64,000 nucleotides of DNA from IMG/VR virus record IMGVR_UViG_3300025126_000736, one strand, 5' to 3'. A program made the translations under genes and the position numbers. The stretch's first letter is position 1; every line of letters begins with the position of its first letter. The stretch comes from an uncultured virus (IMG/VR IMGVR_UViG_3300025126_000736) (taxonomy: Duplodnaviria > Heunggongvirae > Uroviricota > Caudoviricetes). Shown in pieces: positions 20,348 to 30,351 of the stretch. Under the pieces are notes generated by a model that worked only from the letters and a program-made list of their open reading frames with translations, was not told where the DNA came from and searched no databases.

Positions 20348-21142
20348 TTAAATAAAGTCTGTATCAAGATTATCTTTTATGTATATTTTTATTTTGCTTT
20401 TTTCACCGCTCTTAAAATTACCCCATTTTTTTTGTTTAATTATTTTATAAAAATCTTCAAGAGAGTGTTCTTTAAAAATCCCTTCATTACAAGGGTATGA
20501 AGATAGGGTGTCATCAATGTAAGATAGTCCGTTAACGTCAAAAAGTTGGTAATCGTCAATTTTTACAAAGGCATGGACAAGGCATTCCTCATCAATATAT
20601 CCTCCTTCCTCTGATTCCGCACTAAGATCATAGTATGCAGAAATATTTTTACCAAACAACTCTGCTGCAACAATAGCGAATAAATGACATCTACCATGAG
20701 CATAAGTTTGAGTGAAGTTACTTAAAGTATTTTCTTTTATATTGTTTTGTAAAGATTCTTGCCATTCATTAACTTTATGATCAGAATAAATTGGGTCAAT
20801 ACTTGCTGATTCTTGTACAATATTATTGATAAACTCTTTATTGTGTGTGTGTTTTTTGTAAAATAAAAATAAAAATTTATTATCAATAAAGTGAGTGAGC
20901 AATTTTTTTGCTTCAAATAAAGTAAGAAAGTGTAAGTTATTAAGAGTTGAGTTATTAATTAATTGATAATTTTCGGAATCGACAAAAGAGATCCCTAGCT
21001 TTAAAGTATCATCTTGGCTATTAATAAGGAAGTTAACTGCTTGATGAAGATTTGAGTGTGCAAAAAAAACCGTTTTAATGGTAGGATTAAACACACTAAT
21101 TTCTTTGCAGCTAATATAAAACATTAATTCTGGATTATACAT
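20348..21142 (-). CDS. hypothetical protein with possible Cys-His-Asp (papain/transglutaminase-like) triad
   Basis: YAHGRCHLFA...LVHAFV...LFDVNG. Confidence 0.5.
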   Translation of the reverse strand: MYNPELMFYISCKEISVFNPTIKTVFFAHSNLHQAVNFLINSQDDTLKLGISFVDSENYQLINNSTLNNLHFLTLFEAKKLLTHFIDNKFLFLFYKKHTHNKEFINNIVQESASIDPIYSDHKVNEWQESLQNNIKENTLSNFTQTYAHGRCHLFAIVAAELFGKNISAYYDLSAESEEGGYIDEECLVHAFVKIDDYQLFDVNGLSYIDDTLSSYPCNEGIFKEHSLEDFYKIIKQKKWGNFKSGEKSKIKIYIKDNLDTDFI

Positions 21143-21163
21143 TTATATTCCTAGAAAATATAA

Positions 21164-21424
21164 TTAACACTCATTCAAGGAATAATCGCTATATCGATAA
21201 TAACGCTTACCATTATCGCCTTGGATAATAACTGCCGAAAGTTTGGTTTTTGGACAAATTGTTTTAGATTTTGGGATCGCTTTTCCATTACAAACTTTGA
21301 TGTAATTAGTTTCGCTATTTGAATTTGTTGAATTTCGATCTGCCGCATCTTCTTCAAGCATCCAATATAAAGTGCAAGCATTTTTTTTAATACAAAACTT
21401 AGAGAAAACAGACCGTTTAGACAT
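21164..21424 (-). CDS. hypothetical protein
   Basis: 86-aa ORF, AAGGA RBS. Confidence 0.55.
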   Translation of the reverse strand: MSKRSVFSKFCIKKNACTLYWMLEEDAADRNSTNSNSETNYIKVCNGKAIPKSKTICPKTKLSAVIIQGDNGKRYYRYSDYSLNEC

Positions 21425-21499
21425 TTTAAATCCTTAGTATGACTTAATTGAGCAAGGTTATTATATCAAATAGTATAATCTATTTCAATGATATTTTAA

Positions 21500-22888
21500 T
21501 TATAAAGGCTTAATGAACTTATTTTTAGTTGATAAATTAATTGTTGAGCCGTCAACAAGTAATTTTCTTGCATCTGGGAGCATAATAAGTCTGTAATTTA
21601 GTTCTCTACCTACAATAGATAGGTGCGCAACTTGATTACCAACCTCAACAATAACTGCACCATTTCCATTTTGACAAGCTTTTTTCATAAATGAATCAAA
21701 TTCAATACCACCATGAGAAAGAATAATAATGTCACCTTCATTAAAATCAGTTGTGCTTTTAGGATATATAACAATATTTCCAGTGATATTAGGTAAGTCT
21801 TGACCTGATAAAACTGTGATTTCATCTAGGGTTTGCTTGCCAATACACGATGCTGCAAACGTTGATAACGCTTTATTTAAAGGTAAAAATTTAGATCCAT
21901 TAAATGTTAAATCATAACAATCAATAGGGAATCCCGCGCCAATCCACCAATCTGTATGGTATCGATTATCTTCGTATGTTTTAACACTTTCAGGTGAAAG
22001 TGGACGCCAAGTGTGATTGTGTATTGTGTATTTACTTTTATGTATGCAATCGTTATAAGCCCAAGCTAATAAAGGTAATTTTGGGATCTGATAAGAATTA
22101 CCTTTATATATAAATTCAATAAAACCACCATTTAATTTTGCTTGTTTTTTAATCTTATTATGTAATTCTAAAAAATCTACTTTTAAAATATCGGAATGCT
22201 TTTTATAATCAGAACACAACACAAAATCAGGTTCATTTTTAATGTCTTCTGCCTCTTTTTTATCCCAATCGATTTTTTCATAATTCTTTAAAGTAGGTTC
22301 ACTTTTTGTCGTTTTATTAAAATGGCAGAAAACTTTTTTCAATGTTTTTAAATCAATAAAGCTTTTATTGTAATGACTGATTTTGGTTGATTTTGTTGCT
22401 GATCTAGCAATTTCCTCAACAATACGGTTAGGAGACATAATTTCAGGAATAAAATCATTGGCGGTGCAATAATCCCAAACTGCCTGTTCTGGCGAACGAG
22501 TAAATTGTTCCGTAATTGAAATATCTTCAAGATATGTTTTAAATACAAATGCGGTATTAAATTTACTTAAAAAGCAAAAGTGTGATAGTGGTTCTAAATT
22601 AAAGTGTATTAATTGAAGCGAAATTTGTTCTGCTAAATTTAAATTATATTTATTCCCATAAAGAGGAACTTCTGGAATCCAACTGCCGTGAATGCCCTTA
22701 ATTTGAAAATCAAGAGCAACTTTTGATATAGGGAGTGAACCCTCAAAGCTACACATTAATTCATTATTATTGAAATGAGAAAACCAACCTATAAACTCAA
22801 AAACAGTTGTTCCACTCTTAAAAAGTCCTTTTGGGTTATTAGGATTGGCAACTAACATAAAGGTTTCATCTGCTGGCTGAATATTCAT
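21500..22888 (-). CDS. protein with C-terminal PEP-utilizing mobile (phosphohistidine swivel) domain
   Basis: EGDIIIL...GAVIVEVGNQVAHLSIVGRELN...DARKLLVDGS matches the GxxxSHxAIVARE pattern. Confidence 0.65.
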   Translation of the reverse strand: MNIQPADETFMLVANPNNPKGLFKSGTTVFEFIGWFSHFNNNELMCSFEGSLPISKVALDFQIKGIHGSWIPEVPLYGNKYNLNLAEQISLQLIHFNLEPLSHFCFLSKFNTAFVFKTYLEDISITEQFTRSPEQAVWDYCTANDFIPEIMSPNRIVEEIARSATKSTKISHYNKSFIDLKTLKKVFCHFNKTTKSEPTLKNYEKIDWDKKEAEDIKNEPDFVLCSDYKKHSDILKVDFLELHNKIKKQAKLNGGFIEFIYKGNSYQIPKLPLLAWAYNDCIHKSKYTIHNHTWRPLSPESVKTYEDNRYHTDWWIGAGFPIDCYDLTFNGSKFLPLNKALSTFAASCIGKQTLDEITVLSGQDLPNITGNIVIYPKSTTDFNEGDIIILSHGGIEFDSFMKKACQNGNGAVIVEVGNQVAHLSIVGRELNYRLIMLPDARKLLVDGSTINLSTKNKFIKPL

Positions 22889-22891
22889 TTT

Positions 22892-23479
22892 TTATCCGTA
22901 ATATTTATTATAACTTAATTCAAAAGCTTTAACAGCATTAATTGGATCGTAATACTTACAAATCTCTTTAATGTTGTTACCACGATATTTCTCAACTAAG
23001 TAGAAGCGTTTATTATAATACATAATAAACTCTGCATCAACAAAATTATGGTGTCCTAACTTATTCATAATTGAAGATATTTCGTCAAAATAAGTGAGTT
23101 CTTTTCCACAAAATAACTTATCCTCAAGTGAGTTAAGTTCTTTAATGTAATCATGAGTTACTGCAATTTTTGATAAATCAAAATCAAAGCAGTTAGTGAC
23201 TTGATAATTAACATTTTCAATCTTAATAAGAAAGTCATAGTTTTCTAAAATTTGACTCACTTCCTCTGCATAGTCCTCATCAATAAATTCTTTACCTAGG
23301 AGAACATTGTCACCGTCAATCGAGTAGCCAATCTCACCTTTAAGCAGTTGAATGATGGTTTCAGTTGGCACTTCTTCTTCATTAAAGCAGTCTCGCAAAA
23401 TAGCGATAGCTTGTGCAAAGCTTTCTGATAGAAAAAGATCTTGTGATTGCTTAATAATGCTTAATGGTGTAGCGAACAT
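22892..23479 (-). CDS. hypothetical protein
   Basis: 195-aa ORF co-oriented with and abutting the downstream gene. Confidence 0.65.
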   Translation of the reverse strand: MFATPLSIIKQSQDLFLSESFAQAIAILRDCFNEEEVPTETIIQLLKGEIGYSIDGDNVLLGKEFIDEDYAEEVSQILENYDFLIKIENVNYQVTNCFDFDLSKIAVTHDYIKELNSLEDKLFCGKELTYFDEISSIMNKLGHHNFVDAEFIMYYNKRFYLVEKYRGNNIKEICKYYDPINAVKAFELSYNKYYG

Positions 23480-23638
23480 AGTAAGTACCTAAGTTGATTT
23501 TCAATAAAGCTATTATATCAATAACTGATATAAATGTCTAATGTTTTTAAAAATTTTATAAAAAAAATTTAAAGGTTGATATTAAATAAAAAATACCTTA
23601 TAATAAATAATTATTTGCATATAAAAAAGGAACAGGAA

Positions 23639-24265
23639 ATGTCAAGTCTAACAATATATAAAGACTTTAATACAGAAACGCCAAGAGAAAGAAAATATAA
23701 CGAAACAAATCTAATTTCAGGCGATAAAGAAGGTTTATTAGGTGATAAAAATGTGAAAGAAAAATTACTTGCAGAAGTAAGGAATTCAAGTAAATATAAG
23801 AGAGAGTTTGAGGCTGGATATGATGTTAATGATACTATGGATTTATTTAAATTGGCCTTAAAGATGGATGTCATTGCCGTTTACAAAGATCTTTATGTAT
23901 TTAATTGTAATGGTGTAAAAGGTGTGTCCACAGATAAAGAAAAGCATAAAGGGTGTAATCAGTTTGGTTATGGCTTTATCACTAAAAAGGAAGTTGATGA
24001 TTTATTTGGTTTGAAAAAAATATCTAAGAAAGCAAAGTTAATGCTTGAAGATAAAATAGACTTTGAGTTAAATGAGCTTAATAGTTATTTAATGGGTGAA
24101 GTATATGGATTTAAAGTTTGTCATAATGATGGTGAAGTTATTGACTCTTGTGAAGGTTTCTTTTCGATTGATTTTGATAAAAATGGCTTTAAAGAGACTT
24201 TGGATGAAAAATATCACCATTTAATACCTGAAGCATTGGAGAAATTATTAAAAGGTAATACTTAG
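23639..24265 (+). CDS. phage/plasmid-type hypothetical protein
   Basis: Track ORF 23576..24265, RBS favours 23639; ETPRE...YLMGEVYGF...IDSCEGFF motif. Confidence 0.65.
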   Translation: MSSLTIYKDFNTETPRERKYNETNLISGDKEGLLGDKNVKEKLLAEVRNSSKYKREFEAGYDVNDTMDLFKLALKMDVIAVYKDLYVFNCNGVKGVSTDKEKHKGCNQFGYGFITKKEVDDLFGLKKISKKAKLMLEDKIDFELNELNSYLMGEVYGFKVCHNDGEVIDSCEGFFSIDFDKNGFKETLDEKYHHLIPEALEKLLKGNT

Positions 24266-24305
24266 GATGGCGGGAAGTAATTTTTCAATATATTAAAGAA
24301 AAAAT

Positions 24306-24339
24306 AAAAAAACACTACCATAATTGGTAGTGTTTTTTT
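24306..24339. terminator. bidirectional intrinsic terminator
   Basis: AAAAAACACTACCA-loop-TGGTAGTGTTTTTTT. Confidence 0.8.
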
Positions 24340-24350
24340 ATATAATAGAA

Positions 24351-25361
24351 TTAAAAAACAATTAATCCAAAATCACGTTTAACACGATCACAAGTTTCTT
24401 GAGTGATAGAACGAGATATAATGCTACCTTTATGTAAAATATTAAGAAGTTCTTGCTTGTCGCTCATTAATATTTCTCGTTTTGCACGAATTGGTGTAAT
24501 TAATTCAACTAACAAATCGGTAAGAAGTGATTTTAAAGTTCCATCACCAAGTCCACCAGCGCGATAATTTTCTTTCATTTCTTGTAAATGGATTTTGTCT
24601 TGATAAAAAGCATCTAGGTAAGCAAAAACAACATTTCCTTCTACCTGACCTTTGGATTCAATGGTTAAATGATTAGGATCAGTGTACATTTTTTTTACAA
24701 TTTTTTTAATTTCATTGTTTGTTGAATCAAAATTAATTGTAAATCCAGCAGATTTAGACATTTTTGACTTACCATCAACACTAGGTAGTCGCGACACTGT
24801 ACTTAAAAGTGAAGAACATTTAATAAGTGTATTTTTCCCTGAGACTTGATTGACTTTTTTTACAATTTCATTGGTTTGTTCAATCATGGGTAGCTGATCA
24901 TCCCCTACTGGAATAATTTCTGCATTAAATGCCGTGATATCCGCAGCCTGACTAATCGGGTAATTAAGGAACCCAACGGGGATATTTTCAGAATAAGATT
25001 TATTCTTTTTTTCCATAGAAAGTGTTGGGTTACGTTCCAGTCTTGCAAGAGTGACAAGATTGCTATAAAGCATAGTAAGTTCTGGTAATGCTGGTAATGC
25101 TGATTGCAGACATATTGTTGTTTTTAAAGGGTCAATGCCAACAGCAAGATAATCAGCCATAACATTAAGAATATTAGAGGATACTTTACTTGGTTCATAA
25201 CCATTATCAGTCAACCCTTGCATATCAGCAATGAGAATAGTTTGACTATTGTGTTCCTGTAGTGCAATTCTTTGCATAAGAGAACCCGCAAAATGACCTA
25301 AATGAAGTTTGCCAGTTGCTCTATCACCTGTAAGAATTGTTTTGTTTTTTATTGGTTCCAT
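24351..25361 (-). CDS. trpS: tryptophanyl-tRNA synthetase (TrpRS-II-like)
   Basis: LTGDRATGKLHLGH (HIGH), YPISQAADI, VGDDQLPMIEQT, KMSKS, MYTDP. Confidence 0.95.
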   Translation of the reverse strand: MEPIKNKTILTGDRATGKLHLGHFAGSLMQRIALQEHNSQTILIADMQGLTDNGYEPSKVSSNILNVMADYLAVGIDPLKTTICLQSALPALPELTMLYSNLVTLARLERNPTLSMEKKNKSYSENIPVGFLNYPISQAADITAFNAEIIPVGDDQLPMIEQTNEIVKKVNQVSGKNTLIKCSSLLSTVSRLPSVDGKSKMSKSAGFTINFDSTNNEIKKIVKKMYTDPNHLTIESKGQVEGNVVFAYLDAFYQDKIHLQEMKENYRAGGLGDGTLKSLLTDLLVELITPIRAKREILMSDKQELLNILHKGSIISRSITQETCDRVKRDFGLIVF

Positions 25362-25430
25362 TATAATTCCTTAATAATATATTTTGAATATAATATCATA
25401 TTGGCTGAAAACAAACAAGAATTTTAATTA

Positions 25431-26003
25431 TTAAAAATTAAGCACCTTTTGTTCTACAGAAAGCTTTTTATATAATTCTAAGTTATCGTTTTTAAAGTTT
25501 TCCTTTTGATGTAGAGGTAGTGCATTAAAAATAATCTCTGGTATGCCTACTCGTTTAAATTTTTCAGCCATAAGGATTGGGAGATCGCAAGGCTCATAAA
25601 GTAATACTGAGTCATAAGATAATAAAAGCTTTACCACTTCAATATTTCCATATTGTGCAGCACGGAAAAGGGCGCAATTACTACGAGAGGCGGGATTAAC
25701 CCCTAATTCGATCAATGTTTTTACAGTTATGAGATCGTTATAGTGTGCCGCTAAAATAATAAGAAATGAATTATATTTAAAGGCATCAAACCATTTTGTT
25801 TTAATGAATTCATGAATAAATGAAGTTAAGTTATAGCTGTAAAGTTTTGTAATTACTTCTGGGTAATAATTAGTTTTCTCATCTTCATCATTTATGTTTG
25901 GGATGGTTAATTCAGCATATTTAAGGAAATTGGCAATATCTTTTTCATAAATAGACTTAAAAAGCTTTTCTTTATGTTTATCTAACACTAACACTCGCTG
26001 CAT
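25431..26003 (-). CDS. ankyrin-repeat protein carrying an IscB-derived N-terminal peptide
   Basis: LILAAHYNDLITVKTLIELGVNP and ALFRAAQYGNIEVVKLLL ankyrin repeats; first residues MQRVLVLDKHK resemble an IscB N-terminus. Confidence 0.8.
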   Translation of the reverse strand: MQRVLVLDKHKEKLFKSIYEKDIANFLKYAELTIPNINDEDEKTNYYPEVITKLYSYNLTSFIHEFIKTKWFDAFKYNSFLIILAAHYNDLITVKTLIELGVNPASRSNCALFRAAQYGNIEVVKLLLSYDSVLLYEPCDLPILMAEKFKRVGIPEIIFNALPLHQKENFKNDNLELYKKLSVEQKVLNF

Positions 26004-26300
26004 ATTATTCCTTTTGGTTAAATTTTCCCATAACAGGACACCTCTTACGAGGGTAAAATACTCCTAGACAATGTTAAATAAGGTTTATTGAACTACGCAC
26101 TGCTTCTTACCCAAAAGTCACTGTTTAACGTAGATCCTGAGTTTGTGGAACTGGAGTAGCATTCCGAACTCACTATATATTCTTACTTAACGTAGTGAAT
26201 GCAAAAATGCAAACACTGAGTTGGGTCAACCATAATCTTGCGATCTCACCTTAATTTGTTGACTTTTTCAAGCCCATTCCTTTAGGTGTGGGTGATTGAC
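26004..26300 (-). ncRNA. omegaRNA/HEARO-like scaffold (left end of an IS200/IS605 IscB element), orphan
   Basis: Minus strand begins GTCAATCACCCACACCTAAAGGAATGGGCTTG; contains GTTGACC, CTACGTT, TGCTACTCCAGTTCC, TAAACAG and AACATTGTC blocks typical of omegaRNA, then AAGGA RBS and MQRVLVLD. Confidence 0.8.
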
Positions 26301-26347
26301 TTGTGGTCAATTAATTTACCTTATTATTTTATTGGATTTGCAGTAAT

Positions 26348-26376
26348 AGTATAGCTTAGTAAACACTGAAAATCAA
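26348..26376 (-). promoter_or_regulatory. sigma70 promoter driving omegaRNA plus the ankyrin gene
   Basis: TTGATT-17 nt-TATACT on the minus strand. Confidence 0.6.
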
Positions 26377-26470
26377 AACATATTAATAGTTTTTTTAGAA
26401 AAAAATTATTTTATTTATTTTGTTTTAAACTTTAGTATAAGTGTGAGGTGAATTAGGAAAAGATAATTTA

Positions 26471-26510
26471 ATTTATTAATTTATTAATTTATTAATTTAT
26501 TAATTTATTA
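26471..26510. repeat. microsatellite (ATTTATTA)x5
   Basis: Five perfect 8-mers. Confidence 0.9.
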
Positions 26511-26606
26511 ATTTAATTATAAAAATAATTAAGTAAATGATCTATTATTTATATTTTTATATGTAATAATGATTTTTATAAAGAGTTTAATTAAAGGAAG
26601 TCAGAA

Positions 26607-28034
26607 ATGAAAAAAATAATATTATTACTATTAATGCTAAGTGCTTTTGGTGTGAATGCTGATACACATTTGTTTAAATTAATTGTTTGTAATGACTATA
26701 ATAAGGAAGATTGTAATTTAAAGAAAATTGATGTTATATCGGGAACAGATAGCGCTGCTGGCGTAACAGATCCAGTTGTTGTTGGCGGTGGTGGCAGTGG
26801 TGGTGGACTAGGTGACGCAACTGAAGCTGCTCCTATTGCTGGTAATGGTGAATTTCCAGTAGGAAAGTGGAATAATTTATTGTTTGGAACTTATGAGCCA
26901 AAAACAATTGAATTACAACCAAATTTAACATATATGATAGTGACTAGTGGAAAAAATGAGGCAAATTTAATAATTAATGATAGAACTGTTAATTATGATC
27001 AAGACGATATTAGATGGACTTCACCTCCAGACGATTGGTATGGATATGCAAGTGCTGTTTGGGTAACAACAGGTGAAGATGCGAAAATGCTAACATTAAA
27101 ATTTGGAACGTATACAGATCCAGAACAAGTGATGGATTATTTTTACGCATATCCAGTTGCAAGTTCGGGTGCTTACCCAACTAATTGGAACTGGAATCAG
27201 TTAGGTGTGGATTTAATGCAACCGATAGTAGTGCCAGAAGTAGGTAGTGTTGCTCTTGGTTCATGGAAAGTAATGGATTTTACCGCAACGACTAAGGAAA
27301 CAGTAGTATTAGAGGCGAACAAAACTTACTTTTTTACAACAAGTGGTCAAACTGATACAAAGATTAGATTAGTTAATTTTAATAGATCTTTTGGTGATGA
27401 TGATACATATAGTTGGAATAATAATCCTGTAGATTGGTATGGTAAGCCAGATGCAGTCTGGTATAGACCATCTGAAAGAGAAGAAGTTGAAATTCAGTTA
27501 ACACCATATTCAGGTAGTGGCCCCGCTGCAAGTGGGTTCTTCGCCACCGAAGTATCTGGCCTCAATGTTTACCCAATTGACTGGAATTGGCCTTCACTAA
27601 CAGGTGTTGACTTAATGTCTCTTCCAGAGAGAGAGGAAATACCATTCACAGATGCATCAACAGTGGTTGAATATAGGTTTTTGCTATGGGATTACTCTCG
27701 CGGTGATAGTCAAGCGATAGTCATGTTAAGAAATATAGACGCAGCATATACAGTTGGTAGCTTTAAAACAGGAACAGATATAATTGATGAATTTACTGCA
27801 CTACTAGATAATGACTTTGAAACTCTTAATGGTGTTGCAAGTTTAAGTGGTCAATGTGATCTTAGTAATTTGAATTCTTATAACTTTAAGACATTAACAT
27901 CAGCAGATATTTCAGCTAATAGAATTCCTGATATACTTTTGGAAAGATATTTAGAAGTAGACTGCGTAAGCAATGAAGGTGAAGGAATTAGATATTATAT
28001 AGCGTATACTGTTGGTGAAAGTCCTGGATGGTAA
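26607..28034 (+). CDS. secreted protein with two internal repeated domains (PPC-like beta-sandwich, tentative)
   Basis: Signal peptide, Gly-rich linker, duplicated TY..TSG...DWYG..AVW...YP..WNW...GVDLM units. Confidence 0.7.
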   Translation: MKKIILLLLMLSAFGVNADTHLFKLIVCNDYNKEDCNLKKIDVISGTDSAAGVTDPVVVGGGGSGGGLGDATEAAPIAGNGEFPVGKWNNLLFGTYEPKTIELQPNLTYMIVTSGKNEANLIINDRTVNYDQDDIRWTSPPDDWYGYASAVWVTTGEDAKMLTLKFGTYTDPEQVMDYFYAYPVASSGAYPTNWNWNQLGVDLMQPIVVPEVGSVALGSWKVMDFTATTKETVVLEANKTYFFTTSGQTDTKIRLVNFNRSFGDDDTYSWNNNPVDWYGKPDAVWYRPSEREEVEIQLTPYSGSGPAASGFFATEVSGLNVYPIDWNWPSLTGVDLMSLPEREEIPFTDASTVVEYRFLLWDYSRGDSQAIVMLRNIDAAYTVGSFKTGTDIIDEFTALLDNDFETLNGVASLSGQCDLSNLNSYNFKTLTSADISANRIPDILLERYLEVDCVSNEGEGIRYYIAYTVGESPGW

Positions 28035-28062
28035 TGACACATTAGTTTAAAAAAAAATAATC

Positions 28063-28096
28063 AAAAAAGGTAAATAATATTATTTACCTTTTTTTT
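28063..28096. terminator. bidirectional intrinsic terminator
   Basis: AAAAAAGGTAAATAAT/ATTATTTACCTTTTTTTT palindrome. Confidence 0.75.
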
Positions 28097-28108
28097 ATTG
28101 CTTACAAA

Positions 28109-28732
28109 TCAAAAATGGCTGATATTTTGGATTAAAATAGCCTTATTATATAAATTTGGGTGAGCTATTTTAAAATTTTCTTTTTTTGAGGCACAAAATG
28201 TATTAAATACAATTTGCAGAGTATTGAAATGACCATTTAATGCACAAGTGGAAAGTCCCCAGAATTTACATTCTGGATCATATTTCTTAACACAATCATA
28301 TGAGAATAGTATTTTTACCATTTCCTCTCTACCATTTTCAATTGCATAAATTATCGAACTATTAAATCCAGAGTTGAGTGGATCGGCACCTAATGATAAG
28401 GCTTTTTTAAAGGTATCTAGGTCATTGTAAATAGTCGCTTGAAGTAAAACATATGAATTGCCAAATGAAGGCTCAAACCAATGATAATGACAAAGCTTAA
28501 GGATAAGGTCATTTCTGCCTAATGCATAAACGCTTTTAATAAGTTGTTTATAATCAATGGGAGTATATTGTGTTTTTAGAAAAGACTTGAACAATGTAAA
28601 AAACAAATCAGAATTTCCACTTTTAGCAGCAATAATTGCTTCTTCTTTTAATTTTGTCAAAGTAAGTCCTTTATCTATTATATTTGTAGAAAATATATTA
28701 ATTGGGATATCTATAATGTAAAAAGCCTTCAA
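28109..28732 (-). CDS. ankyrin-repeat protein, paralog of 25431..26003
   Basis: LLQATIYNDLDTFKKALSLGADP, IIYAIENGREEMVKILFSYD. Confidence 0.75.
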   Translation of the reverse strand: MKAFYIIDIPINIFSTNIIDKGLTLTKLKEEAIIAAKSGNSDLFFTLFKSFLKTQYTPIDYKQLIKSVYALGRNDLILKLCHYHWFEPSFGNSYVLLQATIYNDLDTFKKALSLGADPLNSGFNSSIIYAIENGREEMVKILFSYDCVKKYDPECKFWGLSTCALNGHFNTLQIVFNTFCASKKENFKIAHPNLYNKAILIQNISHF

Positions 28733-28762
28733 TTGAAAGCTTTTTTAATTAAAGACTTAATT

Positions 28763-29149
28763 TTACTTTAAAAAAACGCAAAGAAGATCATTTTTAAATT
28801 TTTCTAAAAAAGCTCGTTCTTCTGCATTAATATCCGTGACGAGTGTGGCTGCACCTTTTGTTTGAACCGCTAAAAATGGTTTAAATGTGTAATTTAAAGG
28901 CTTAATTAGTTTTTGAAAAGGACGCTTAAAAAATTTAATATATGTTACCCCATCTAAAAAATCATCAATTTGTTTAACAATTTGAATGACGGCATCTTCT
29001 TTTGATTGTTTGCTGGCAATAAAATGTTTATCAATGCGAGTTTTAAATAGTTGAGAATTTTTAGAATTAATGTAATGAAAAAGAATCATTTGAGATGTAG
29101 TTAGGTTATTGCCAGAGATTTGATGTTTTGAACGTAATGTTAAGCTCAT
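28763..29149 (-). CDS. hypothetical protein
   Basis: 128-aa ORF, AGGT RBS. Confidence 0.55.
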   Translation of the reverse strand: MSLTLRSKHQISGNNLTTSQMILFHYINSKNSQLFKTRIDKHFIASKQSKEDAVIQIVKQIDDFLDGVTYIKFFKRPFQKLIKPLNYTFKPFLAVQTKGAATLVTDINAEERAFLEKFKNDLLCVFLK

Positions 29150-29316
29150 TTGTTTTACCTGTGTGTAAGTTTTAATAAGGAAACTAATTGTAACAACAAT
29201 AATTAGTAAAGTCTATGTTTTTTTTGCATTAAATAAATTAGTTAAAAATAAATTTAGTGCAATTTAAAAAAAATGCTATATAATGGCTAATTCATTATTA
29301 GTATTAAGGCAATATT

Positions 29317-29865
29317 ATGGAACGTAGAGAAGTTTTTGAGTTTGATTTAAAAATGGCACTTCAAGGTTATGAGGTTCAAACAAAAGATGGTCGAAAGGTA
29401 ACAAATGTTGTGGAAGAAAACCCAATGGCGTACCCAAATGCAGAAGCTGCCGCAAGTGATGATATTAATTATGAACAAGGTTTAACTGCTATTGTACATA
29501 ATGTAGGAGGTGAGCATAAACACGTTTTTTACCATGACGGCAAAGCACACAAATATGGATTAAAAACAGGTTCAGATCTCGTTATTATTAAATCTGAATT
29601 TACACGAAAGTTTGATTTAGTATTAGCCTTGGTTGGTGAGGCAGTACAAACAAAAGATGGTCGAAAAGTATCAATGGTGAAAGAAGTAGATCCAGACGCT
29701 TGTATGAGTGTAGAAGAAGCTGTGAGTAATAATAGATATGTTCAAGGTTTAACAGCCAAAGTACATAATGAATCAGATGTAGAAGTATATTCATTTTACC
29801 ATGATGGTACCGCTGACAAAAATGGCGTAGAGTCAGAATCAGACTTAGTTATGTGCGTTAAATAA
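29317..29865 (+). CDS. hypothetical protein made of two tandem approx. 90-aa repeats
   Basis: FDLxxAL.G..VQTKDGRKV...QGLTA.VHN...FYHDG.A...SDLV occurs twice. Confidence 0.75.
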   Translation: MERREVFEFDLKMALQGYEVQTKDGRKVTNVVEENPMAYPNAEAAASDDINYEQGLTAIVHNVGGEHKHVFYHDGKAHKYGLKTGSDLVIIKSEFTRKFDLVLALVGEAVQTKDGRKVSMVKEVDPDACMSVEEAVSNNRYVQGLTAKVHNESDVEVYSFYHDGTADKNGVESESDLVMCVK

Positions 29866-29904
29866 TTATTAAATAGCGATAAGTTATTATAAGGAAACCT
29901 AAAT

Positions 29905-30219
29905 ATGACACAAAAGATAGTAAAAAATCAAATAGTAATTATTCAAGGATGGGAAGAAAGCGGCTGGTCAGTTAGACAAGACGGCTGCTCGGTTCATTTA
30001 ACCGTTCAGGATAAGGAAGATTTTTGTAATGAGTTTATGGCCGCTCAAAGAAAAAGATTGGGTGAGAGCACTCCAGAAGAATATGATCGCCCAATGATTA
30101 ATGGAACGATTAAAGGCTATATTACGGAAGAAAAAATGGAAGAGTTGGTTAAGTCTAAAAATGGAATTAGAACATATGATAGAAATCCAAAATGGATTTC
30201 AAGAACGCCTTTTGAGTAA
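29905..30219 (+). CDS. phage-type hypothetical protein
   Basis: WEESGWSVRQDGCSVHL...PEEYDRP motif; AAGGA RBS. Confidence 0.65.
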   Translation: MTQKIVKNQIVIIQGWEESGWSVRQDGCSVHLTVQDKEDFCNEFMAAQRKRLGESTPEEYDRPMINGTIKGYITEEKMEELVKSKNGIRTYDRNPKWISRTPFE

Positions 30220-30241
30220 ATAATTAATTTTAAGTAAAACT

Positions 30242-30272
30242 AAAAACACCTTTTTAATTAAGGTGTTTTTTT
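30242..30272 (+). terminator. intrinsic terminator
   Basis: AAAAACACCTT-loop-AAGGTGTTTTTTT. Confidence 0.75.
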
Positions 30273-30351
30273 ATTTTTTTAATTTTGGTTTAATGGCTAA
30301 TTTAATTAATATGATATAATGCCTATATAAGGAAATTAAAAGGAAAAAAGC

